Shown: piece after piece, positions 52,732 to 64,000 of the stretch
Layout: each line of letters opens with the position of its first letter
Position numbering within the stretch: position 1 is the stretch's first letter
NCBI RefSeq assembly: GCF_026210795.1
Contig: NC_089433.1
Span: 2,852,001-2,916,000, forward strand
Direction of reading: 5' to 3'
Length of the DNA: 64,000 nt
Origin: Rhizophagus irregularis
Taxonomy: Eukaryota
Position numbers and translations under genes: made by a program
The notes under the pieces: model-generated
The model's input: only the letters and a program-made list of their open reading frames with translations
Told to the model about the DNA's origin: nothing
Database searches by the model: none

Positions 52732-53881
52732 TGAAAGGATGTTAGTTTAGAACGTGAATATGAATATCTAAATAAAATACTTTCAACAAATGGGAGAATT
52801 AATCATATTTATAACTTACCTTCAATAATTATCATACGATGGCGCATGTTTGCGAGAACTTGCGTGTCATGCGATTCATGTGTCATCGTGTCATTATTGT
52901 TGCGTGACAATCCACTAACGCCATTGCGTGACAATATTATCAATAACGTTCCAAAGGTATTGTGTATTTAACCAAATTAACTTCAACCAAGTTAATAAAA
53001 GTACTGATCCGTATCGCTTTTCCTCCTTTGTATAAAGAGTAGTTCCATGCTGCCAAAAAAGGGAGGAAACTGCCAATAAAGAAATCAAAAATATTATTGA
53101 TTGGAAAATAGTCATAATTTGTTTCCGACATTGAAAGGATGTTAGTTTAGAACGTGAATATGAATATCTAAATAAAATACTTTCAACAAATGGGAGAATT
53201 AATCATATTTATAACTAGGACCCAGAAATATATATATAGGGGTCAGGTGGCGAAAAATTTTTTTACTATGAGCTGTACGCAGAGACTTTTTATATGAGTA
53301 GTACGCATAATTGACACCTGATATTGAAAATCCTGCAAAAATACGCAAATAAAATTTCAGACATTAAGTTATTAATTATTTTATCATGGCTTCTATATTA
53401 TAAATACTAATGTGAAAAATAGAATTTACCATTTTTTTAATAATATTTTTCTAAAATTTCACTTTTTAACCCTTAGAAATTTCTTACAATTCGGTTAATT
53501 AAATAAGTACGTACAGTAAATATGTAATAGTTATAAGATTAGCCAAATTTAGGTCAAAAATACGCAAACTAATTTTTTACATATAAAAAATTTGATAAAA
53601 AATACGCAATCTTGATGACCTAACTATAGATGAAAAATTCTAAAATTGTACGCAAATCAAAACTTTACTCCGTCTAATTCCACTATGATGGCGACGCATC
53701 TGTGTACCCTACCCCTGTATATATATTTCTGGGTCCTTTATAACTTACCTTCAATAATTATCATACGATGGCGCATGTTTGCGAGAACTTGCGTGTCATG
53801 CGATTCATGTGTCATCGTGTCATTATTGTTGCGCGACAATCCACTAACGCCATTGCGTGACAATATTATCAATAACGTTCC
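52553..53881. repeat. 400-bp tandem duplication of the 5' end and promoter of the membrane-protein gene; the second copy carries a MITE
   Basis: 52553-52952 repeats at 52953-53881 with few substitutions once the 529-bp insertion (element plus TSD) is removed. This creates the truncated ORF 52940-53131. Confidence 0.92.
53217..53737. mobile_element. Non-autonomous DNA transposon (521 bp) with ~26-bp TIRs and 8(-9)-bp TSD
   Basis: AGGACCCAGAAATATATATATAGGGGT / ACCCCTGTATATATATTTCTGGGTCCT. TTATAACT is duplicated at 53209-53216 and 53738-53745, and the empty site is present at 52809-52816. Confidence 0.93.
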
Positions 53882-54093
53882 ACAAGAGGAAGTATAGGTT
53901 TCTTGAAGGGTTTCTAATTATAGGCTTGTAGCAAATTAATGTTTCGGGTGAAACCGAAATTAGATCCCTGACAAAACTTCCGAAACCTGGCGAAACTAGT
54001 TTTGCCACAAAGAGCAAAATCCGAAACTGTGCGAAACTTGCAAAACATTCTTTTTTTATTTTTTTTTGTGGTCATTTTATGATAGTACAAAAT

Positions 54094-54814
54094 TTACGTG
54101 TCCCAACCAAGTCTAATCGCTAATGAATCATCTATTGGCTTAGTGAAATCAAAAACTACAAAAATTCCGCTCTTGCAGGTGCTTGTCAATAATCTTAGAT
54201 GCTTTTTTTGGATCATCCGTATACTGACGCACAATTCTATGAATATCGTCCCGGCTACCACTCCCTCGGAACATGACTAGATGGAAATGTTTTCACGAAT
54301 TATCTTTGGCACGGCTTGATAATTCTGAGTTACGTATATTGGTGAGATGTTTTGATGCCGTCCACTAATAAAGTAAGGGATGATACGTTCTTGTATTTTT
54401 TTTGATTCGGCACAGAGATCTTCTAAACAACAACAGTACTTCTTTTTGGGGAGAATTTGCTTATATCCGGAATCTTTTCCGCCTTGATTGTTTGAAATGA
54501 GATATTCTCACGATATGGGTCGGGACTATTTGCAAAAATATGGATAGCATTTTTTACAGCTCCCATTTAGGCTCGGCATACTTTCCAACTAATATAAGAT
54601 CGTCGTTTTTAATATATCTATTCCCCTTCTTGCCTTTAAACATGCGCTGAAGTTTGTTGCCAAGAATAAGGTTTATAACCATATTAGTTTTTCCGCTATG
54701 TGAGCCTCCAGTTACTAAAAGGCGAAAAGGCCAGTCTGGACTATATTTATTTCCCTTCATTCGCTCCAAATATTTTCTGGGAATCTCGTCAATGTTATAC
54801 ACAAAGAATTCCAT
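54094..54814 (-). pseudogene. A32-like (FtsK-HerA) viral DNA packaging ATPase of Polinton/Maverick type, about 3 frameshifts
   Basis: PFRLLVTGGSHSGKTN (Walker A), STVVV/LEDL (Walker B), [30 protein letters not shown] (arginine-finger GRH, sensor TQ, IRxN), then /HLVMF...NFVVFDFT...IRLGWDT*. No introns. Confidence 0.85.
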
Positions 54815-55777
54815 ACAGTATTGTTTATTAGATAAATTGAAATGAATTAGTAAATTTCTCAAAGAAATTTCAGCGAACTTAGTTCGCCCAAAATCACGTG
54901 AACTTTCAAGGATTGGGCTTCAAGAATATGGTTGAGGCTTTTGATTTATGCCGAGTTGCATTCACTATGCCACATTTAATGAGTATTTAACGCTGCAAAA
55001 AAGATCACGTGAGTACAACTTATTTTTGAACTCCGCCAAAATAAATTTTCATTTTTCACTTATCACTGCTATTAAATAGGCCACCATGGAGAATCCTAAA
55101 AGGCCTGCAACTTAAAGACTGAAGCCAGACTCACACCCCGCACCCACAACCATACTCACGAGGTTACAACTCACTCAACTTGAATAAGAATGTTTAGTAA
55201 TATTTTTGCTCTGTAGATTAGTTTAATAGTGCAAGTTTCTATAGATATATTTTTTTTTTTGTTGATATAATAATATGAAATGGAAGGAGACAAGAAGTAT
55301 TGTTGATCCTAAAATTTAAAATTAAATAGAGGACAAATAAAAAAAATGTTTTTATTGTATCAAAAATTTTTGAATTTTCTTGTCATGTGAGTTATTTACA
55401 TATTTGATTTTGCCCAGGTTTTATTTACCAGAAATTTAGTCCTAAGAATTGGATCTATAAAATCGTTCCCCATGTTTGCTTTTCAACGGTATTTCTATGT
55501 CTACAAGAATTATTTATGATGTAAATTAGCAAGCTTAAACATAATTTTTTTATTAATTTTCCGGCAAAATATAATAAACTTCTTTTTGAGTTTAATCGTA
55601 AGTAAAATATATATCAATGGTTGCATGTTGGCGCAACCAAAAAAAAATCATCATTTTCATAGTTGTAAAATTTTCAACAATTATAGCATTAAAAATACAA
55701 AATAAAATATAAAATATTTGATTGGTCAATCACGAATTTGTGCATTATTTAACACTCAAGTTTATTTATCTATGACG

Positions 55778-56110
55778 TAGGGATGAGAACTGGTTCGTTT
55801 GTTTTAGGTTCTTCACGCTCTCATAAATAAAATATGAGCTACGTGCGTTCAAATTTTATAAACATAAGTGGAGCATACAGTATCATGATGATGGTCAAAT
55901 TTTGATTGGCTTCAAACGATAGATCATCATCTTGGTAGCAGGCAGCAGCCCAATTTTTGCCCCAATTTCAATCCGGTTCTTGAAATCAGTTTAAAGTAGG
56001 CTTTGGCTCGAAACGGTTTTTATAGTTAAAAGTAGTTCTAAACTCAGGAGACTAAAATTTTCTGAATTTAGAATAGATTTCAAAATCGAATCAAATCAAT
56101 TCATCTTTAG
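55778..56110. mobile_element. Decayed hAT-like non-autonomous element
   Basis: Begins TAGGGATGAGAACTGGTTCG. The right part is an inverted homolog of 13224-13370. Confidence 0.35.
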
Positions 56111-56546
56111 CCTATAATTTACTTACTTTTTTCTCCGTTTCACCGAGTATATAGGATAAGAATTCCTTAAATTCTCTGGGTTTGTTGACCTTTGGTAATA
56201 ATGGATCTGTTGCTACAAATTTATTTGTCTCATTTGTATATGCAATAGCATAACCTCCAATCCTTCATCAACTACTGACTTATTGATACATTAGTCGAGC
56301 TCAGGATCACTAGTTAGCTTTGCAACTTATATTATACTATAATAACGATTAGGGATATGAATAAAAAATTGTTTAGAATTTTAAATAAAACAAGAATTAT
56401 AGGTAACATTACATTATGAACAAAATATTATTGCTGTAGGCATCAACTAAAGATTGTCTTTTTTAGCATATAGTGTTTAAAAGAGTATATTTCACTATAT
56501 CCATTATTAGTATCTGTTCAATTACATTAATTTATTAATTTTTAAT

Positions 56547-56646
56547 GGGTATCCGGACTTTTCGCCGAAGTCCATTTCACCGAAACCCATTTCGCCAAAC
56601 CATTTCGCCGAAGAGATATTTCATCGAAGGGATATTTCGCCGAAAA
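56547..56646 (+). mobile_element. Terminus of a CATTTCGCCGAA-family (Mutator-like) element
   Basis: GGGTATCCGGAC followed by six TTTC(G/A)(C/T)C(G/A)AA repeats. No partner end seen. Confidence 0.6.
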
Positions 56647-56932
56647 ATTATTATTCCATTTGGCTACTTTATTGTTTTTATATTAAATGCATAATTGTTT
56701 TCTAGAACAAAATTTGGAATTAGCTGATTTTTATTAAATTTATCTCGTTCTTTATAATACATTAATCTTTTTTGCTTACTTTTTCGCGAATAAATGTTTT
56801 CACGAAATAAAGTTTTTTATTTATTGCTTAACAATTAATATCAGTTACTTGAATGTTAAAGTGATAATATCCTGGAAAAAAAAATCTCTAAAAATAATTT
56901 AATTTTTATTTATGAATATTTTTTTATAAAAA

Positions 56933-57210
56933 CTACTGTAGCCTGTTGCGTTGCAACAGGATTACAGTAAATGAGTTTGAATCAATACAACAATAAAATT
57001 TTTTTAATATTAACAGATTTTTATTTTTGAGTAAAAAAATATATTTAATTTAACTAAAAAAATCATACAAAGAATATATATATATTTACTCAATAAAAAA
57101 AAATATTTATTTTGATTATATCGCCAATCCAAACCTAAGAGGCGAAAGAATGAAAAAAAAAATAGAAAAAAAGATTAAATAGTCAACCTATAAAGTAATA
57201 GAATATAAGA
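56933..57210 (-). mobile_element. Probable non-autonomous Helitron (~278 bp)
   Basis: On the minus strand: A|TCTTATATTCTATTACT at the 5' end, and hairpin CCTGTTGC-AAC-GCAACAGG about 9 nt before GTAG|T at the 3' end (canonical CTAG, one mismatch). No TSD; insertion between A and T. Confidence 0.5.
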
Positions 57211-57616
57211 TTATTGTAACTTAGTTTACATGCACACAGCGAGCTTAGTTTCAACAAGAATAACGAGCAAGAAATATAGGACTCTTCTTTATTTTAATCC
57301 ATGATCGTGTAATTTCTTTGATTCACACTTATTAAAAAGCTATGCCTTCATATTTGGAATGGTATCAATTCTTCCAGGTAAAGGGTGCGTCAACTATATA
57401 CTGTATATATAAATTATTAAGTCTCCCAGATAGGTATGTACGTCATCAATTCCAAAAATCCTGCAAAAATTTTGGTGGAACAATATTGATATAGATGATC
57501 TGCGATTTACACATTATTTAACTGAAAGCTTATTCTGATGACTATATATAGTTTTGGCTGATTCTAAAATCGGACTTCGTTATTTTTTATTTTATTTTAT
57601 TTTGATAACTTGTCAA

Positions 57617-60491
57617 ATGCCAAAACTAATTTCGATAATTTTAGCATTTTGTCATTTTATCATAAGAATTTCGGCAGTTTTGCCAATTTGCCGTTTCTTC
57701 ATAGGAACTTTGGGACTTTATCAATACCTTAATAAATGTGAAATATGTGGTAAACATTACACAAATGTGGAAAAATGGTGTAAGCCATGCCAAATAAATG
57801 ATTTAACAAAATTTTTTACATACAGTGAGATTGAAGAAATCGACGATTTAATTCAAGAAATGCAATCAAATATTGATAGATCAAGTGATATTATATTTGA
57901 ATGGATACCATACGATCAGTTTAAAGATATTAAGGAAATAGATAAAGGTGTTAATGTATATTCAGCAATATGGAAGAATGGTCCATTATATTATAAGAAA
58001 CGCACCATTTTTGGTAAAAACAAATATGTAAGAGACCAGAATAAAAATATTATTTTAAAATGTTTATATAACTCTCGAGAGGTTACTAATGTATTTCTAA
58101 ATGAGGTACGAAATTCTTTAAAATTTAACTTATATATATTTATATATTTTAATGATAATATTTTCTCATGTTTAATAGGTTAAATCATATACATATTCGA
58201 TTAATTATATTTATTTATCTAAATTATATGGAATATCTCAAGATCCAAAAACGAGAGATTATATTCTGGTTTTTAAACATAAAACAATTGATATTATGGA
58301 CACAATGAAAATAATAACGAATTGGACTAGTGGGAATGAAAAAATTGATAATTTAATTCAAAAAATGCGACTAAAATTTAATGAAACAAGCAATATATTA
58401 TTTGAATGGATACCATACGATCAATTTAATAATATTAAAGTAATAGGAAGAGATGAATTTGCTACAATATATTCAGCAATATGGAGTGATGGTCCATTAC
58501 ATTATGATAATTATAGATTTAAATACACAAGAAACATGAACGAAAAAGTTATTTTAAAATGTCTATATAATTCATATAATTCTCAAAATATTCTTGATCT
58601 AAATGAGGTATAAAATTTTTCTATAAATTATTTTTTTTTACCTTTTCTTATAAGAATAATTTTTTTATATATTTCAAAGGTGGAAGTATCTTCAAATAAA
58701 ATATATGGAGTATCTCAGAATTCGGATACAAACGATTATATTATAGTTTTTATAGATGGATTTCATTGTCGAAATTGCGGCAAGCAATTTACGCAGATAT
58801 ATAATAAATGGTGTAAACAATGTCAATTAAGTAATTTGAAGAATATTACGATCTGGGCTAGTGGGAATGAAAAAATTGATAGTTTTATTCAAAAAATGCA
58901 ATTAAAAATTAATGCATCATGGAATATAATATTTGAATGGATACCATTTGAACAGTTTAATGATGTTAAAGAAATAAAAAGTGACGATCTTACTTCAATA
59001 TCTTCAGCAATGTGGAAGAATGGTCAATTATATTATGATAATAATAAATATGAATATGCAAGAAATCAGAATACAAAGGTAATATTAAAATATCTATATA
59101 ACTCTCAAAATATCAGCAATGTATTTCTAAACAAGGTACGAAATTCTTTTAAAAAATTTAATTTATATACTTATGATCACTGATAATTATTTTATAAACT
59201 AAAATAGGTTAAATCATACTATTCAATCAATCGCAATTCTTATATGCCTGAAGTACTATATGGAATATCTCAAAATCCCGATACAAAAGATTATATTCTG
59301 GTTTTTAAAGCAACTGCTATTAGACATGCAGTAAAAATATTTACGAACTGGACTAGCGGAAATGAAAAAATCGATGATTTAATTCAAGAAATGCGATTAA
59401 ACTTTAATGGACCAAGCGATATACTATTTGAATGGATACCATACAATAAATTTAATAGTGTTGAAGTAATAGGAAGAGATAAATTTGCTATTACATTATG
59501 ATAGTTATAGATTTAAATACGCAAGAAACAAAAATGTAAGAGTTACGTTAAAATGTCTACATAACTCCCAAGATATTCTTAATGAATTTCTAAATGAGGT
59601 ATAAAATCTACGAAATTTCTCTATAAATATTTATATACTTATTATAATAATAATAACACTAATTTTTTTATATTCCAATAGGTTAAATCATCCCCAATTA
59701 AAACACATGGGGTAACTCAAAATTCAGATACAAAAGATTACATTATAGTTTCTCAAAATGAATGCCGCTGTGAAAAATGTGGTAAATTATATACATATAT
59801 AAATCTTAAATGGTGTAAGCAATGTCAAAGAAGTTATTCAAAAACTATTATAATCTGGACTAGTGGGAATGAAAAAATTGATAATTTAATTCAAGAAATA
59901 CAATCAAAAATAAATATAACATTTGAATGGATACCTTATAATCAGTTTAAACATATTAAAGAAATAGGTAAAGATGTTAGAGTATATAAAGCAATATGGA
60001 AGGATGGATCATTATGTTATGATAATAATAAAAATGAATATGCAAGGAACCAGAATGAAGAAGTTAGTTTAAAATGTCTCTATGGCTCTCAAAATTTAAC
60101 TTATACTAATAATATATTGTTAAATGAGGTACGAAATCTTCTAAAATTTTAATTTATGTATTTTTAATTTAATACATTTTTTGTATTTTAATAGGTTATA
60201 TCATATTATTCAAATAATCAAGATTATAGTATGCCTGGAATATATGGGATATCTCAAAATCCAGATACAAACGATTTTATTTTAGTTTTTCAACATTATA
60301 AAACAACAACTATTAGGTATACAATGAAAATACTCGCAAACTGGATTAGTGGAAACGAAAAAATTGATGAATTAATTCAAAAAATGCAATTAAAAATTCA
60401 TGAACGAAGTGATACAGTATTTGAATGGATATCATATACCATATTCCTTAATAAAAATAAGATGAAAATCCGGTTATCGATAAAAAAGTGA
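57617..60491 (+). pseudogene. Gene of six tandem kinase N-terminal/N-lobe-like repeats (glomeromycotan TKL-kinase family), frameshifted and truncated; exons 57617-58105, 58179-58607, 58680-59135, 59208-59598, 59682-60128, 60195-~60437
   Basis: Each exon encodes (YGISQxPxTxDYILV)...WTSGNEKIDxxIQxMQ...FEWIPYxQF...YSAIWxxGPL...VxLKCLYNS...LNE|V. Exon 4 has a 32-bp deletion relative to exon 2, giving a stop at 59499-59501. No HRD/DFG region follows. Confidence 0.85.
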
Positions 60492-61816
60492 TTTCCGTAA
60501 TGTAGAAATGTATCGGTTATGTCATATTTTGAGATTATATTTTGATATGGTATGAATTATATGACAGTTAGGTGTAAACCGTATTTTGTTTAAATCGTGT
60601 TGTAACATGGTAAAGGATTAATTTTTCTATTTTCGTTTGGTATTTATTTGAGTATCGATACCCTGATGCCTCAGCTCAATAAATGTTCAACAACGACAAG
60701 GTCACGGTCATTTTATTTCATAGTTACATTATGAATTTTATGCAAGTACAACATTGATTTATTTTTATTGCGATTGCGTCTATATTATTATATTCAATTT
60801 ATGTAGTATATACAGTAATAATGATAAAATCAGTGGTATAATTATAGGTTGTTAAAAGTTAAATATAATTATTCATATGAATAAAAAACTAAGTATAAAT
60901 TTATCCAAAGTAAAGTAAAAATAGAATATTTTACATATAATACGTACAGGTGCGTATTATGATAATCGAAAAATCGATTAATCATAAAAATTTACATCGC
61001 ATCAATAAAGTATCTACACTAAATACATGACATTGACTCTTATCAGTGTAAATACTTAACCTATTTATACCCAATATAAAAATATTATATATAAAATTTC
61101 TAATATTCATTTTTCTGCAACCGATTATCTAACGATCTAAATTAATTTAAAAAATTTTTTTTTTTTTTGTACAGTAGTTCTATCCTAAATTATTTACGAT
61201 AGGTTGTAATTCTTTCTTAGACCGAAATTTTTTTCTGAAATTTTTATGAAGATTTTTTTTTTTTCAAACTAAAATTCTTTGTTGGGTGACGTCATCCAAA
61301 ATTTCGTTGAATTTTTTTTTATTACTTATGAATTATTAATTATTAACACTAATAAAAAAAAAAGACTTAGTTACTATTCGCATTATTATTGTTTTTATTT
61401 ATTTGGTTGTTCCCGACCTCTATATTTTGATAATAAACTTTCTTACATTAAATTTTTTGCTATTGATTATATTGATCATGCGATCATCATGCATATTTGT
61501 ATTTCTAAGCTCCGCTTTATTTAAAATTATTTAAGGCAAAAATGATGATTATAGACTATTGTTTAAACTATTTTTTTTTTTACTTTTTTTTTAAAAAAAC
61601 AAACTTACTACGTGACGCAATAGTTTTTTTATCGAGATCACTTTCGTCAGAGTCATATGATATTTAATTTCTCTAAATCAGAGTAAAGATGACTCATATA
61701 TCAAACTCTCACAATATAAATATTAGACATATCGCGTGATAAGAAAAATAATATAAAAAGGGACACCTTCCTAACAAAAGAGACACCACCTAATAAAAAA
61801 ACTCTTACAAAAAAAG

Positions 61817-61962
61817 CTCTAACAGACAGGAAACAACTGTCTGTTGTTTCCGAGTTTAAACTCTCCTAACAAAAAAAAAAGATGACGCTAACTCTAACAG
61901 ATAGGAAATGTTGTTTCCGAGTTCTAAACCCTCCTAACAAAAAAAAAGATGACGCTAACTCC
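61817..61962. repeat. ~70-75-bp tandem duplication
   Basis: CTAACAGA.AGGAAA...TGTTGTTTCCGAGTT.TAAAC.CTCCTAACAAAAAAAAAGATGACGCTAACTC occurs twice. Confidence 0.8.
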
Positions 61963-62119
61963 TAACCCGAAAGTTTATGATGTTCACTTTAGCGCTCTTG
62001 AAGAAATTAAACAAATAATTTTCGTAATTATCAAGAACCATTTTATAAATTTTGTATTATACTTCTCAAAATAAATAAATAATTGAATTTTATCTCTTCT
62101 TTCCTGACTTTAAAATAGA

Positions 62120-63200
62120 AAGAATTATCTCGGGTTTAACAGCTTTAAAGAGTTGCAAATAGATGACTGGAGCCCATCGTACGAGAACCCACTTCAAGGT
62201 TATATCTTTAACTTTAAAAGTGAAGCCTTGGTTAAGGTACCTGAATATAAGTCATCAGGTTCAAATTCACCGTCTTGAAGATATGGTAGTTTGTCTCAAG
62301 AACCCATTCAACAAACTTTTAGCACTCGTTGGCACCCGAAAAACAATTTGTTATCGGAAAAAATTTTACGCGGAATCACGTGACTTCTAATAACTGGACT
62401 GCAACGTCACATTATTTCTCGTCATCCCTCTTCCGGACCTCCATTTTTATCTAATATAAAGGTATGTCGAACTGTTTTCGTAAAGCTAAAGAGAGTGGGC
62501 TTTGCCTGCCTCTTTCTGGTGAAGGTGAACAAGTGGATGCAATGATCAAGGAAGTTATGGCAACCTTGTGAGCTGGCAGGTCTATCTATGATAACTCTGT
62601 TAACTGACGGACCTGGCTGAGAGATACGGATAAGATCTTCTCAGTGTTGAGGTCTACTGTTCCGCAATGAGGAATAGTTATGTGCCTTCCTCAACTTCTT
62701 TCATGCAATGATTTGTTTTCATTGAGGACTTTTGGATTCAGAGAACTGGAAGCGCTTCGTGGCCACAGTTTTACTGTGAACGTCCTTCTCTGTTTTCAAA
62801 ATTTCTGGATGATAACAAATCTTTGTGTGTCCAGGAGAGATGTCAGCGAAAGGACACAATAACCTAAAGCTGTGTTTTTGTAAGTTCTTTCAAACAGATA
62901 CTTGTAGCTATACCTTTTATTGTGCAGTTTTCAGGAACGGACGGTGAAAATATCGACACTAATATATAGGAAGAAGATCCGAACTGCTTCGTTATGTTAC
63001 TTGATACTTTAGAAGGATACTGCCTCACGTCACCTACCGGATGGCGGGACGAAATTTTTAAGTAGAGTACTTAGCAAAAGCTAACCATCCCTTTTAATTT
63101 ATAGATGTCCCACAAGAAATGTTAATTTATAGGGACCTGTGGAATGGCATGAGCGGAAAGAAATGCAACAAAGAGAATTCCACTTCAAGAAATTAAATTG
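62120..63200 (+). pseudogene. GC-elevated decayed coding-like region, family not identified
   Basis: Higher GC than the flanks, with short broken frames and intron-like AG/GT junctions. No diagnostic motif. Confidence 0.25.
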
Positions 63201-64000
63201 GTTCTTATTGTTACGTTCACATACTTTTTTCGTAAATTATGCATCAATTTTTCTAGGAAATTTTGAAGTTGAGGTGTGTGAACAATATTAAAAAAAGATC
63301 TTGTTAAGAAAAACAACAATTTTATTATTTACGCCTATAGTATAAGTATATCGTAACCTGTAATCATCGTAATCACGTGATAATAATAAATTATTCATAT
63401 AATTGTTCTCATAATACCAAACAATAAAAGAATTTTGATCTTTGGAAAATTTCAGAAATAGGCCAGACTAAAAAAAAGTTAAGCTGATTTTTTTTTCTAG
63501 TTCAGTGCCAAGCTTCTGAAAAAAAATACATATATATACACAAATGCATATATTTTTAAAAAAATTCTATATATGTATAAAAAAAAATTCTTTTTTTTTT
63601 GTCGTTAACTGAACAATAAAATTTAAAATCAGGCTTTTACCATTTTTGGTGACTGTCAAATGTAAAGGCGTAAAAATCATTTGTAAATAATAATTCAGAA
63701 AAAAAAATGCGCGCATGTTTGTGTTACTAAATTGGATTCTAAAATCCTATTTTAGTTAATTTCGGGGATGTATATCATACGTCCAGGATTAGTTTATCCC
63801 TTATTGTATATTTTAGGAATGTGAAGGGAAAATTTTACTAAAAATACAGTAAATCTAGATTAATAATATATTATTATTAAGAATTCAACTGGTCAAAAGC
63901 TTTGCGAAAAAAAAATATAGTTTTCTTATTCGGTGATGACGAACAAACTGATGATAAAGGCTTTCAAGATAGTAATAAAGAAAAAACTGAAGAATCTCAG

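Noticed and set aside
21594..54845. Antisense or alternate-frame ORFs overlapping real genes or relics (21594-21866, 23063-23344, 24803-25018, 38682-39172, 49137-49373, 51768-52046, 52485-52715, 54098-54280, 54654-54845)
   Set aside because: Shadow ORFs of coding sequence in another frame or strand, with no independent motifs.
56547..56646. Short regularly spaced TTTCGCCGAA repeats (also at 37747-37964 and 43001-43128), superficially CRISPR- or iteron-like
   Set aside because: The repeats are about 12 bp with spacers of only a few bases and sit inside TIRs, so they are transposon subterminal repeats. The context is eukaryotic with no cas operon.
1..64000. tRNA, rRNA or snRNA genes and an autonomous transposase or reverse transcriptase
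   Set aside because: None recognised by eye. A covariance-model and HMM scan would be needed to exclude them formally.

Overview
Very AT-rich (about a quarter GC by eye), intron-containing eukaryotic DNA. The gene families point to an arbuscular mycorrhizal fungus (Glomeromycota, Rhizophagus-like); this is an inference from gene content. Intact spliced genes: two BTB/POZ-BACK-TLDc paralogs (a third copy is a pseudogene), a cytochrome P450, COQ9, and a 9-exon, ~1376-aa protein that fuses a RecB/Cas4-like 4Fe-4S nuclease, a degenerate RNase-H-like domain and a UPF1/DNA2-type helicase. There is also an intronless 327-aa multi-pass membrane ORF. The rest is decayed accessory DNA: many MITEs (several with TIRs and target-site duplications, one with its empty site in the window), a probable non-autonomous Helitron, tandem duplications, a collapsed RNAi RdRP fragment, a Crinkler-like relic and a pseudogene made of six kinase N-lobe repeats. 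The most notable observations are (i) a frameshifted A32/FtsK-HerA viral packaging ATPase, which marks a Polinton/Maverick-like endogenous virus relic; other intronless cassettes may belong to the same element; (ii) a precise ~186-bp internal inversion that restores a continuous 213-aa ORF when flipped; (iii) the bacterial TM0106-like nuclease-helicase, a possible uncharacterised fungal genome-defence enzyme; and (iv) a gene-conversion tract between the BTB paralogs. All motif and family calls come from reading the sequence; no database searches were run.
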